Shown: positions 1-13,600 of the stretch, piece after piece
Layout: every line of letters begins with the position of its first letter
Position numbering within the stretch: position 1 is the stretch's first letter
Origin: Auanema rhodensis
Taxonomy: Eukaryota > Animalia > Nematoda
Assembly: GCA_964057225.1 (NCBI GenBank)
Contig: OZ059899.1
Span: forward strand, 7,502,001 to 7,566,000
DNA: 64,000 bases
Direction of reading: 5' to 3'
The notes under the pieces: model-generated
Databases searched by the model: none
Told to the model about the DNA's origin: nothing
What the model saw: only the letters and a program-made list of their open reading frames with translations
Translations under genes and position numbers: made by a program

Positions 1-560
1 CCTTCAATACATAGAAGTTGAATGAAAATGGTAATAAACAAAAAAAATAATGTAAAGATGAAGATGAATTGGATAGCTAACTGATGTTTTACATCATAGT
101 ATTTAAAAGAAATACAAAACTTAATAAGAAAGTTTTATAATAATATATAATATAAGAATAATAATTATGTACCAAAGTGGAGAAGAAATTGTCTGTGTAA
201 ATATTTTAATTTAATATACTTTAATGGCTTAATTAAAATATTAAAAAAATTGAAAATATAATGTGTTAAAGATATGAGTGAAATTATATAATTTAACAAT
301 GTAATCAAAACATATAAATTAAAAAACATACGATTGTTCAATGAAAATATGTCATTTCTCTTCAAACTGAAGATAAACATATTGTAGTAAAGCTTATTGA
401 TTACTTTTTACTTGTAAAAAGATTAATTAAGAATATCGATTTTTTTAAAATATTGTTAAAATCAAAGTATAATTGTTGAAAACATTGCACAACAATATTT
501 CTCAAATAGAGGTATTCGTCGAATCCATCTTGAATTAAATCTTCTGCTATATAATGATTC

Positions 561-3500
561 TTACGGTTTTAATTTTGGATCTTTTTCCTGAAACAATAAA
601 TACAAATAAAGAAATATTATGTTTTAATATTTTTATAGAGAATGTACCGACTGCCTTCCTAAAACTTTTTGAACCAACTCTTCTTGACTATTTTTATTAT
701 GGAAATCTGAGACAATCACGTTGTGATCCGCCGGAATACCGAAATCCATATTACCATCTATAATAATGATAATATATATATACATGTATTAACTTATTTA
801 TAAACTAACTGTTAATATTTACTCCAATTACTTGATCAAACAGTGTCATATTCAATTTGGGTTTATGGGTCTCTTCAGAATCCCTTAATTATAAAATAAG
901 TAAATTATTGAAGAACATTCCGATATACCCTCCATAAAACAAAATCAAACAAGTATTCTTTATTCCATCCATAAAAGTAGTTTCGTTCAAATCTTCAATA
1001 AGGCTGAAACAAAAAAATTAAATGTTTTTAGTAATGATGTAAGAAAAATCAGCTTGAATATTAAATTTGAAAAAAAACCAAAACTTACTCTTCTGGATCA
1101 CTCTCAAAGGAAAAACCAGAATGATATAAGTTATCTAAGTCATAATTAAAAACATTCTGAGGATATGTTTCTATGTATTGAGTGGAAAACAACACGACAT
1201 TTCCAAATGCTTGTGGATAGGCTTTGAAGATTACATCTTGGCTCTTGTATAGTTCATCTGTAACATTCTTCACAAATTGTAGTTCATCCTGAAAATCATA
1301 AATATAGTTAAAAAACTTTGTTTTTTACATTTTACATTATACATATTAGAATTAGGATAAGAATAGTCTAATACTATTAAACAATTTTTTTCTGATGGAG
1401 CAGCAGCAGTAGTAGCAGTGACTGTAGTAGAATCAGATGCTGGTGTTACAGTAGTTGGAGCTTCAGTAGTTGACATTGGTTGTTCACTAGTTGTTGGAGC
1501 TTCAGTAGTGGACGTTGGCTGTTCACTAGTTGTTGGAGCTTCAGTAGTGGACGTTGGCTGTTCACTAGTGGTTGGAGCTTCAGTAGTTGACATTGCTTGT
1601 TCGCTAGTTGTTGGAGCTTCAGTAGTGGACCTTGGCTGTTCGGGCTGCTTAAGTTTTAATTTTGGATCTTTTTCCTGAAACAATAAATACAAATAAAGAA
1701 ATATTATGTTTTAATATTTTTATAGAGAATGTACCGACTGCCTTCCTAAAACTTTTTGAACCAACTCTTCTTGACTATTTTTATTATGGAAATCTGAGAC
1801 AATCACGTTGTGATCCGCCGGAATACCGAAATCCATATTACCATCTATAATAATGATAATATATATATACATGTATTAACTTATTTATAAACTAACTGTT
1901 AATATTTACTCCAATTACTTGATCAAACAGTGTCATATTCAATTTGGGTTTATGGGTCTCTTCAGAATCCCTTAATTATAAAATAAGTAAATTATTGAAG
2001 AACATTCCGATATACCCTCCATAAAACAAAATCAAACAAGTATTCTTTATTCCATCCATAAAAGTAGTTTCGTTCAAATCTTCAATAAGGCTGAAACAAA
2101 AAAATTAAATGTTTTTAGTAATGATGTAAGAAAAATCAGCTTGAATATTAAATTTGAAAAAAAACCAAAACTTACTCTTCTGGATCACTATCAGAGAAAA
2201 AACCAGAATGATATAAGTTATCTAAGTCATAATTAAAAACATTCTGAGGATATGTTTCTATGTATTGAGTGGAAAACAACACGACATTTCCAAATGCTTG
2301 TGGATAGGCTTTGAAGATTACATCTTGGCTCTTGTAGAGTTCATCTGTAACATTCTTCACAAATTGCTTTTCATCCTGAAAATCATAAATATAGTTAAAA
2401 AACTTTGTTTTTTACATTTTACATTATACAAATTAGCATTAGGATAAGAATAGTCTAATACTATTAAACAATTTTTTTCTGATGGAGCAGCAGCAGTAGT
2501 AGCAGTGACTGTAGTCGAATCAGATGCTGTTGTTACTGTTGTTGGAGCAGCAGTAGTAGCAGTGACTGTAGTCGAATCAGATGCTGTTGTTACTGTTGTT
2601 GGAGCAGCAGTAGTAGCAGTGACTGTAGTCGAATCAGATGCTGGTGTTACAGTAGTTGGAGCAGCAGTAGTAGCAGTGACTGTAGTCGAATCAGATGCTG
2701 GTGTTACAGTAGTTGGAGCAGCAGTAGTAGCAGTGACTGTAGTCGAATCAGATGCTGGTGTTACAGTAGTTGGAGCAGCAGTAGTAGCAGTGACTGTAGT
2801 CGAATCAGATGCTGGTGTTACAGTAGTTGGAGCAGCAGTAGTAGCAGTGACTGTAGTCGAATCAGATGCTGGTGTTACAGTAGTTGGAGCAGCAGTAGTA
2901 GCAGTGACTGTAGTCGAATCAGATGCTGGTGTTACAGTAGTTGGAGCAGCAGTAGTAGCAGTGACTGTAGTCGAATCAGATGCTGGTGTTACAGTAGTTG
3001 GAGCAGCAGTAGTAGCAGTGACTGTAGTCGAATCAGATGCTGGTGTTACAGTAGTTGGAGCAGCAGTAGTAGCAGTGACTGTAGTCGAATCAGATGCTGG
3101 TGTTACAGTAGTTGGAGCAGCAGTAGTAGCAGTGACTGTAGTCGAATCAGATGCTGTTGTTACTGTAGTTGGAGCAGCAGTAGTAGCAGTGACTGTAGAC
3201 GAATCAGATGCTGTTGTTACAGTAATTGGAGTAGCAGTGACTGTAGTCGAATCAGATGCTGGTGTTACAGTAGTTGGAGCAGCAGTAGTAGCAGTGACTG
3301 TAGTCGAATCAGATGCTGTTGTTATAGTAGTTGGAGCAGCAGTAGTAGCAGTGACTGTAGTCGAATCAGATGCTGTTGTTACAGTAGTTGGAGCAGCAGT
3401 AGTAGCAGTGACTGTAGACGAATCAGATGCTGTTGTTACAGTAATTGGAGTAGCAGTGACTGTAGTCGAATCAGATGCTGTTGTTACAGTAGTTGGAGCA

Positions 3501-6500
3501 GCAGTAGTAGCAGTGACTGTAGTCGAATCAGATGCTGTTGTTACTGTTGTTGGAGCAGCAGTAGTAGCAGTGACTGTAGTCGAATCAGATGCTGTTGTTA
3601 CAGTAGTTGGAGCAGCAGTAGTAGCAGTGACTGTAGTCGAATCAGATGCTATTGTTACAGTAGTTGGAGTAGCAGTGACTGTAGTCGAATCAGATGCTGT
3701 TGTTACAGTAGTTGGAGCAGCAGTAGTAGCAGTGACTGTAGTCGAATCAGATGCTGTTGTTACAGTAGTTGGAGCAGCAGTAGTAGCAGTGACTGTAGTC
3801 GAATCAGATGCTGTTGTTACAGTAGTTGGAGCAGCAGTAGTAGCAGTGACTGTAGTCGAATCAGATGCTGTTGTTACAGTAGTTGGAGTAGCAGTGACTG
3901 TAGTCGAATCAGATGCTGTTGTTACAGTAGTTGGAGCAGCAGTAGTAGCAGTGACTGTAGTCGAATCAGATGCTGTTGTTACAGTAGTTGGAGCAGCAGT
4001 AGTAGCAGTGACTGTAGTCGAATCAGATGCTGGTGTTATAGTAGTTGGAGCAGCAGTAGTAGCAGTGACTGTAGTCGAATCAGATGCTGGTGTTACAGTA
4101 GTTGGAGCAGCAGTAGTAGCAGTGACTGTAGTCAAATCAGATGCTGTTGTTACAGTAGTTGGAGCAGCAGTAGTAGCAGTGACTGTAGTCGAATCAGATG
4201 CTGTTGTTACAGTAGTTGGAGCAGCAGTAGTAGCAGTGACTGTAGTCGAATCAGATGCTGTTGTTACTGTTGTTGGAGCAGCAGTAGTAGCAGTGACTGT
4301 AGTCGAATCAGATGCTGTTGTTACTGTTGTTGGAGCAGCAGTAGTAGCAGTGACTGTAGTCGAATCAGATGCTGGTGTTATAGTAGTTGGAGCAGCAGTA
4401 GTAGCAGTGACTGTAGTCGAATCAGATGCTGTTGTTATAGTAGTTGGAGCAGCAGTAGTAGCAGTGACTGTAGTCGAATCAGATGCTGGTGTTATAGTAG
4501 TTGGAGCAGCAGTAGTAGCAGTGACTGTAGTCGAATCAGATGCTGTTGTTATAGTAGTTGGAGCAGCAGTAGTAGCAGTGACTGTAGTCGAATCAGATGC
4601 TGTTGTTACTGTTGTTGGAGCAGCAGTAGTAGCAGTGACTGTAGTCGAATCAGATGCTGGTGTTATAGTAGTTGGAGCAGCAGTAGTAGCAGTGACTGTA
4701 GTCGAATCAGATGCTGTTGTTACTGTTGTTGGAGCAGCAGTAGTAGCAGTGACTGTAGTCGAATCAGATGCTGTTGTTACTGTTGTTGGAGCAGCAGTAG
4801 TAGCAGTGACTGTAGTCGAATCAGATGCTGGTGTTATAGTAGTTGGAGCAGCAGTAGTAGCAGTGACTGTAGTCGAATCAGATGCTGTTGTTATAGTAGT
4901 TGGAGCAGCAGTAGTAGCAGTGACTGTAGTCGAATCAGATGCTGTTGTTACAGTAGTTGGAGCAGCAGTAGTAGCAGTGACTGTAGTCGAATCAGATGCT
5001 GTTGTTACAGTAGTTGGAGCAGCAGTAGTAGCAGTGACTGTAGTCGAATCAGATGCTGTTGTTACAGTAGTTGGAGCAGCAGTAGTAGCAGTGACTGTAG
5101 TCGAATCAGATGCTGTTGTTACAGTAGTTGGAGCAGCAGTAGTAGCAGTGACTGTAGTCGAATCAGATGCTGGTGTTACAGTAGTTGGAGCAGCAGTAGT
5201 AGCAGTGACTGTAGTCGAATCAGATGCTGTTGTTACAGTAGTTGGAGCAGCAGTAGTAGCAGTGACTGTAGTCGAATCAGATGCTGGTGTTATAGTAGTT
5301 GGAGCAGTAGTAGTAACGGTAGTGATTGGAATTGAGGTAGTACCCGTAGAATGAGCTAAGTAAATATATATTCAAAGTGTAATATATAATATGCTTACTT
5401 ATTGTTCCAGCTATAGCTGCTGAAATATTGTTGTTGTCAGATCCATAAATAATTACTGATTGTTGTGTCATATTATATATAACTTTAAGCTCGGCTGAAG
5501 TTTTCTTCAAACTAGCTAAAATTGGAGACTTGAGTGATTCCAAATGGATTCCAACATAGAAATTGTCATTTTTCATGCTTAAAAAGAAACATTTATGATT
5601 GAACCAAGTTTTGAATCATACTCACTCTGTGGTTATACATGGGACGAAATAGAGTAATTGATCGTTAGTCAACAAATTTGTAGAATAAGATTCAAAAAAC
5701 CTTAAACAAGTATAAGAATATGTTATTAGAAACGAAATATACCGTGTTTGATTAATCCTCTCTGATTTTGCAGTTTTCAATGTATTTCTTATTAATTGAA
5801 TCATATCATTTTTATTTTGAATATTTGAGAATGTAGTTTGAGTAGAATATGTTCCTAAACGATACATTATTGTTGGATCATTGATATCTTGAAGAGTTTG
5901 TATAGCAAGGTCACGATTCTAAAATATATTTTCTTTACTTTATATACGTAATTGATTTTCTAACCGTTGTCATCGAACAATCATCTATTCCAGAATTCCT
6001 CTTTATTCGTTTATTGTTGGAATTGAAACCATCAGAATCTGATATGGCAATTGTAACAACTTTACCTAAAAATTATATGTTAGTTGTTTTCATAAAAGAA
6101 ATATTTAAGAAGATGATATGAATAAATTTATTTTAATTTCTTGTTATATTTCACTTAATTCAATTAAATTTTCTTATTTAAATGTTTAAATATATGGTGG
6201 TTGTTGCATTACAATTCTGCCTTTGCCGGAAAAAAAGCTTCCCTGTTGAATGATATTGAAAATACCCATAGAGCTTTTGAAATGTTTAAAAATCGTTTAG
6301 CAGCCTGATAACAAAACTTTATGCACTTTTTAACCTTAAAAATAACCATACTGTTGCTCACAAGGAAATGCACTTCAAAACAATCTCCAAAAAAATCTTG
6401 ATACTTTCAAGTAGTTCGAGAGTGAAAGATTGGCTTAAGGAATTTCAATAATATATGTTTCATCCACATTACAATTCTGACTAAGCTTCAGGTAATAACT

Positions 6501-7209
6501 TGAAGATTTTCTTTCTATAAAACCAAAAATTGTTTTCGTGGGAAGATTACAACTATTGCTAGAGTAATAGATATAGCAGCAGAACTTTCGATAATAATCG
6601 GGACTGTTCGCAATATGGACTAAACAATGAATCTTATGTCTAACATGTAAATTTTGTTGTTTCGGACAATGCACCGAGAAAATCGACAACTTATTATATG
6701 ATCACAATCATTTTTTTTTAATTAGTTAAATATCATACAATTATCAGTTCAGAAGATAAGAAACAGAAACAGAAGTGATCTCTTTTATTTAACAGGAAAT
6801 GAAAAAAGTTGTAAAAAGAATGTGATCAAGTTAAAAAATATTAAAATATGTTTGATTACAAGATAAAAGCATTTATCCATTAAAAGTTAGTTTGCAACCC
6901 TTTTAATTTTCCAATATGCTTTATAAAATAAACTGATAACTAGTTTATGACACGATTTGGGTGTGCCAGTGCGTTTTAATTCTAATACAATGCTTTGATG
7001 ACTCAATAAATAGCTAAAATTTGAACCAAAAATTTGATTTCTTTTGAAATAAGATAAAATATATTCTTACCACTATCATCATTTTTTATTGTAACTGCGA
7101 CTATTACAATAACTGCTACAAATATTAAAATTATTAGTAATATAGAGAGTAGAATAAAAATCCTCAAGTATTGTTGTTTCTTGGATTTATGTTGTTCTCC
7201 ATCAGACAT
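561..7209 (-). CDS. Type II membrane mucin-like protein ('gene B'): TM anchor, RIKR site, globular domain, 19-aa Thr/Ala/Ser repeat array, two tandem copies of a C-terminal globular domain
   Basis: Spliced by hand: MSDGEQHKSKKQQYLRIFILLSILLIILIFVAVIVIVAVTIKNDDS|GKVVTIAISDSDGFNSNNKRIKRNSGIDDCSMTT|NRDLAIQ...INQTR|FFESYS...LLYFVPCITT|MKNDNF...AIAGTI|THSTGTTS-(repeats)-APSEKNCLIVLDYSYPNANLYN|DEKQFVKN...|...CLILFYGG|...|linker|second copy|EKDPKLKP*. GT-AG introns keep frame. The 3' end is the least certain part. Confidence 0.8.
566..2548. repeat. Tandem segmental duplication, offset 1087 bp (copy 1 ~566-1461, copy 2 ~1653-2548), covering several exons and introns of gene B
   Basis: Direct comparison of the two copies; ORF-track pairs 763/1850 and 1085/2172 differ by exactly 1087. 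Confidence 0.95.
2486..5310 (-). repeat. Coding minisatellite, 57-bp unit (TTVT[T/P]ASDSTTVTATTAAP) with occasional 48-bp variants, about 50 copies
   Basis: Unit read directly (+ strand ...ggagcagcagtagtagcagtgactgtagtcgaatcagatgctg[g/t]tgtta...); minus frame is open throughout. Confidence 0.97.
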
Positions 7210-7663
7210 GACAACCTGTTAGACTTAATTATAAATTATGTTTAATATAGAAACATGAACAAGAGAAAATACTCGAAAAATATTTATAAAACATAGTTAT
7301 ATGTAAAATAAAACATGATATATACAGCTTTTCAAATTTAAAAAAAAATTAACAAGTAGAGCGAAACAATTCCGACAATAACTACAATGAGAAGAGTTTA
7401 AAATGAGAAAAGAAATAATGTTCGTTATGTAGCAAAGAAAGATGAAACGATTACACCCCTTACCGTTATCAGCGTTAATATTGTACGATAAGAAGTTGAA
7501 GAATGCTTAAATATAATATGATACTGAACTTGCATATCTAACATATTCCGGATGAGAAATAGTAACCTGAATTTTAGAAAAAGAAACATTGTTAACAATA
7601 AATATAACACTATGAAATAAAAAGTAATATTAAATACAATATAACAAGCTAATTACTAACCAA

Positions 7664-10600
7664 TCACTTTATCGGTGTTGAAGTTTCTGTGGTGGACATT
7701 GGTTGTTCACTAGTTGTTGGAGCTTCTGTAGTTGACATTGGTAGTTCACTTGTGGATTGAGCTTCAGTAGTTGGCATTGGTTGTTCACTAGTTGTTGGAG
7801 CTTCAGTAGTGGACGTTGGCTGTTCACTAGTGGTTGGAGCTTCAGTTGACATTGGTTGTTCACTAGTTGTTGGAGCTTCAGTAGTAGACGTTGGCTGTTC
7901 ACTTGTGGATTGAGCTTCAGTACTTGACATTGGTTGTTCACTAGTTGTTGGAGCTTCAGTAGTGGACGTTGGCTGTTCACTTGTGGATTGAGCTTCAGTA
8001 GTTGACATTGGTTGTTCACTAGTTGTTGGAGCTTCAGTAGTGGACGTTGGCTGTTCACTAGTGGTTGGAGCTTCAGTTGACATTGGTTGTTCACTAGTTG
8101 TTGGAGCTTCAGTAGTAGACGTTGGCTGTTCACTTGTGGATTGAGCTTCAGTACTTGACATTGGTTGTTCACTAGTTGTTGGAGCTTCAGTAGTGGACGT
8201 TGGCTGTTCACTAGTGGTTGGAGCTTCAGTTGACATTGGTTGTTCACTAGTTGTTGGAGCTTCAGTAGTAGACGTTGGCTGTTCACTTGTGGATTGAGCT
8301 TCAGTAGTTGACATTGGTTGTTCACTAGTTGTTGGAGCTTCAGTAGTAGACGTTGGCTGTTCACTTGTGGCTTGAGCTTCAGTAGTAGACGTTGGCTGTT
8401 CACTAGTTGTTAGAGCTTCAGTAGTTGACATTGGTAGTTCACTAGTTATTGGAGCTTCAGTAGTAGACGTTGGCTGTTCACTTGTGGATTGAGCTTCAGT
8501 ACTTGACATTGGTTGTTCACTAGTTGTTGGAGCTTCAGTAGTGGACGTTGGCTGTTCACTAGTGGTTGGAGCTTCAGTTGACATTGGTTGTTCACTAGTT
8601 GTTGGAGCTTCAGTAGTGGACGTTGGCTGTTCACTTGTGGATTGAGCTTCAGTAGTTGACATTGGTTGTTCACTAGTTGTTGGAGCTTCAGTAGTGGACG
8701 TTGGCTGTTCACTAGTGGTTGGAGCTTCAGTTGACATTGGTTGTTCACTAGTTGTTGGAGCTTCAGTAGTAGACGTTGGCTGTTCACTTGTGGATTGAGC
8801 TTCAGTACTTGACATTGGTTGTTCACTAGTTGTTGGAGCTTCAGTAGTGGACGTTGGCTGTTCACTAGTGGTTGGAGCTTCAGTTGACATTGGTTGTTCA
8901 CTAGTTGTTGGAGCTTCAGTAGTAGACGTTGGCTGTTCACTTGTGGATTGAGCTTCAGTACTTGACATTGGTTGTTCACTAGTTGTTGGAGCTTCAGTAG
9001 TGGACGTTGGCTGTTCACTAGTGGTTGGAGCTTCAGTTGACATTGGTTGTTCACTAGTTGTTGGAGCTTCAGTAGTGGACGTTGGCTGTTCAGTTGTGGA
9101 TTGAGCTTCTGTAGTTGACATTGGTTGTTCACTAGTTATTGGAGCTTCAGTAGTAGACGTTGGCTGTTCACTTGTGGATTGAGCTTCAGTAGTAGACGTT
9201 GGCTGTTCACTTGTGGCTTGAGCTTCAGTAGTTGACATTGGTTGTTCACTAGTTGTTGGAGCTTCAGTAGTAGACGTTGGCTGTTCACTAGTGGTTAGAG
9301 CTTCAGTAGTTGACATTGGTTGTTCACTAGTTGTTGGAGCTTCAGTAGTAGACGTTGGCTGTTCACTAGTGGTTAGAGCTTCAGTAGTTGACATTGGTAG
9401 TTCACTAGTTATTGGAGCTTCAGTAGTAGACGTTGGCTGTTCACTTGTGGATTGAGCTTCAGTAGTTGACATTGGTTGTTCACTAGTTGTTGGAGCTTCA
9501 GTAGTGGATGTTGGCTGTTCACTAGTGGTTGGAGCTTCAGTTGACATTGGTTGTTCACTAGTTATTGGAGCTTCAGTAGTAGACGTTGGCTGTTCACTTG
9601 TGGCTTGAGCTTCAGTAGTTGACATTGGTTGTTCACTAGTTGTTGGAGCTTCAGTAGTAGACGTTGGCTGTTCACTAGTGGTTAGAGCTTCAGTAGTTGA
9701 CATTGGTTGTTCACTAGTTGTTGGAGCTTCAGTAGTAGACGTTGGCTGTTCACTAGTGGTTAGAGCTTCAGTAGTTGACATTGGTAGTTCACTAGTTATT
9801 GGAGCTTCAGTAGTAGACGTTGGCTGTTCACTTGTGGATTGAGCTTCAGTAGTTGACATTGGTTGTTCACTAGTTGTTGGAGCTTCAGTAGTGGATGTTG
9901 GCTGTTCACTAGTGGTTGGAGCTTCAGTTGACATTGGCTGTTCACTAGTTGTTGGAGCTTCAGTAGTAGACGTTGGCTGTTCACTTGTGGCTTGAGCTTC
10001 AGTAGTAGACGTTGGCTGTTCACTAGTTGTTAGAGCTTCAGTAGTTGACATTGGTAGTTCACTAGTTGTTGGAGCTTCTGTAGTGGACGTTGGCTGTTCA
10101 CTAGTGGTTAGAGCTTCAGTTGACATTGGTTGTTCACTAGTTATTGGAGCTTCAGTAGTAGACGTTGGCTGTTCACTTGTGGATTGAGCTTCAGTAGTTG
10201 ACATTGGTTGTTCACTAGTTGTTGGAGCTTCAGTAGTAGACGTTGGCTGTTCACTTGTGGCTTGAGCTTCAGTAGTTGACATTGGTTGTTCACTAGTTAT
10301 TGGAGCTTCAGTAGTAGACGTTGGCTGTTCACTTGTGGATTGAGCTTCAGTAGTTGACATTGGTTGTTCACTAGTTATTGGAGCTTCAGTAGTGGACGTT
10401 GGCTGTTCAGTTGTGGATTGAGCTTCTGTAGTGGACGTTGGTTGTTCACTAGTTATTGGAGCTTCAGTAGTAGACGTTGGCTGTTCACTTGTGGCTTGAG
10501 CTTCAGTAGTAGACGTTGGCTGTTCACTAGTTGTTAGAGCTTCAGTAGTTGACATTGGTAGTTCACTAGTTATTGGAGCTTCAGTAGTGGACGTTGGCTG

Positions 10601-13600
10601 TTCACTAGTGGTTGGAGCTTCAGTAGTTGACATTGGTTCTTCACTAGTTGTTGGAGCTTCAGTAGTAGACGTTGGCTCTTCACTTGTGGCTTGAGCTTCA
10701 GTAGTGGACGTTGGCTGTTCACTAGTGGTTAGAGCTTCTGTAGTGGACGTTGGCTGTTCACTAGTGGTTGGAGCTTCAGAAGTTGACATTGGTTGTTCAC
10801 TAGTTATTGGAGCTTCAGTAGTAGACGTTGGCTGTTCACTTGTGGATTGAGCTTCAGTTGTTGACATTGGTTGTTCACTAGTTGTTGGAGCTTCTGTAGT
10901 GGACGTTGGCTGTTCACTAGTGGTTAGAGCTTCAGTTGACATTGGTTGTTCACTAGTTATTGGAGCTTCAGTAGTAGACGTTGGCTGTTCACTTGTGGAT
11001 TGAGCTTCAGTAGTGGACGTTGGCTGTTCACTTGTGGCTTGAGCTTCAGTAGTGGACGTTGGCTGTTCACTAGTGGTTAGAGCTTCAGTAGTTGACATTG
11101 GTTGTTCACTAGTTGTTGGAGCTTCAGTAGTAGACGTTGGCTGTTCACTTGTGGCTTGAGCTTCAGTAGTTGACATTGGTTGTTCACTAGTTGTTGGAGC
11201 TTCAGTAGTAGACGTTGGCTGTTCACTAGTGGTTAGAGCTTCAGTAGTTGACATTGGTTGTTCACTAGTTGTTGGAGCTTCAGTAGTAGACGTTGGCTGT
11301 TCACTAGTGGTTAGAGCTTCAGTAGTTGACATTGGTAGTTCACTAGTTATTGGAGCTTCAGTAGTAGACGTTGGCTGTTCACTTGTGGATTGAGCTTCAG
11401 TAGTTGACATTGGTTGTTCACTAGTTGTTGGAGCTTCAGTAGTGGACGTTGGCTGTTCACTAGTGGTTGGAGCTTCAGTTGACATTGGTTGTTCACTAGT
11501 TATTGGAGCTTCAGTAGTAGACGTTGGCTGTTCACTTGTGGCTTGAGCTTCAGTAGTAGACGTTGGCTGTTCACTAGTTGTTAGAGCTTCAGTAGTTGAC
11601 ATTGGTAGTTCACTAGTTATTGGAGCTTCAGTAGTTGACATTGGTTGTTCACTAGTTGTTGGAGCTTCAGTAGTAGACGTTGGCTGTTCACTAGTTGTTA
11701 GAGCTTCAGTAGTTGACATTGGTAGTTCACTAGTTATTGGAGCTTCAGTAGTAGACGTTGGCTGTTCACTTGTGGATTGAGCTTCAGTTGTTGACATTGG
11801 TTGTTCACTAGTTGTTGGAGCTTCTGTAGTGGACGTTGGCTGTTCACTAGTGGTTAGAGCTTCAGTTGACATTGGTTGTTCACTAGTTATTGGAGCTTCA
11901 GTAGTAGACGTTGGCTGTTCACTTGTGGATTGAGCTTCAGTAGTTGACATTGGTTGTTCACTAGTTGTTGGAGCTTCAGTAGTAGACGTTGGCTCTTCAC
12001 TTGTGGCTTGAGCTTCAGTAGTGGACGTTGGCTGTTCACTTGTGGCTTGAGCTTCAGTAGTTGACATTGGTTGTTCACTAGTTATTGGAGCTTCAGTAGT
12101 GGACGTTGGCTGTTCAGTTGTGGATTGAGCTTCTGTAGTGGACGTTGGTTGTTCACTAGTGGTTGGAGCTTCAGTAGTTGACATTGGTTCTTCACTAGTT
12201 GTTGGAGCTTCAGTTGACATTGGTTGTTCACTAGTTATTGGAGCTTCAGTAGTAGACGTTGGCTGTTCACTTGTGGCTTGAGCTTCAGTAGTAGACGTTG
12301 GCTGTTCACTAGTTGTTGGAGCTTCTGTAGTGGACGTTGGCTGTTCACTAGTGTTTAGAGCTTCAGTTGACATTGGCTGTTCACTTGTGGCTTGAGCTTC
12401 AGTAGTTGACATTGGTTGTTCACTAGTTGTTGGAGCTTCAGTAGTAGACGTTGGCTGTTCACTTGTGGCTTGAGCTTCAGTAGTAGACGTTGGCTGTTCA
12501 CTAGTTGTTAGAGCTTCAGTAGTTGACATTGGTAGTTCACTAGTTATTGGAGCTTCAGTAGTTGACATTGGTAGTTCACTAGTTGTTGGAGCTTCAGTAG
12601 TAGACGTTGGCTGTTCACTAGTTGTTAGAGCTTCAGTAGTTGACATTGGTAGTTCACTAGTTATTGGAGCTTCAGTAGTAGACGTTGGCTGTTCACTTGT
12701 GGATTGAGCTTCAGTTGTTGACATTGGTTGTTCACTAGTTGTTGGAGCTTCTGTAGTGGACGTTGGCTGTTCACTAGTGGTTAGAGCTTCAGTTGACATT
12801 GGTTGTTCACTAGTTATTGGAGCTTCAGTAGTAGACGTTGGCTGTTCACTTGTGGATTGAGCTTCAGTAGTTGACATTGGTTGTTCACTAGTTGTTGGAG
12901 CTTCAGTAGTAGACGTTGGCTCTTCACTTGTGGCTTGAGCTTCAGTAGTGGACGTTGGCTGTTCACTTGTGGCTTGAGCTTCAGTAGTTGACATTGGTTG
13001 TTCACTAGTTGTTGGAGCTTCAGTAGTAGACGTTGGCTGTTCACTAGTGGTTAGAGCTTCAGTTGACATTGGTTGTTCACTAGTTATTGGAGCTTCAGTA
13101 GTAGACGTTGGTTGTTCACTTGTGGATTGAGCTTCAGTAGTTGACATTGGTTGTTCACTAGTTGTTGGAGCTTCAGTAGTAGACGTTGGCTGTTCACTAG
13201 TGGTTAGAGCTTCAGTAGTGGACGTTGGCTGTTCACTAGTGGTTGGAGCTTCAGAAGTTGACATTGGTTGTTCACTAGTTATTGGAGCTTCAGTAGTGGA
13301 CGTTGGCTGTTCACTAGTGGTTAGAGCTTCTGTAGTGGACGTTGGCTGTTCACTAGTGGTTGGAGCTTCAGAAGTTGACATTGGTTGTTCACTAGTTATT
13401 GGAGCTTCAGTAGTAGACGTTGGCTGTTCACTTGTGGATTGAGCTTCAGTTGTTGACATTGGTTGTTCACTAGTTGTTGGAGCTTCTGTAGTGGACGTTG
13501 GCTGTTCACTAGTGGTTAGAGCTTCAGTTGACATTGGTTGTTCACTAGTTATTGGAGCTTCAGTAGTAGACGTTGGCTGTTCACTTGTGGATTGAGCTTC

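Noticed and set aside
2505-5354. 949-aa Val/Ala-rich ORF on the + strand
   Set aside because: Antisense shadow of the 57-bp mucin repeat; all splice signals and unique flanking exons are on the - strand.
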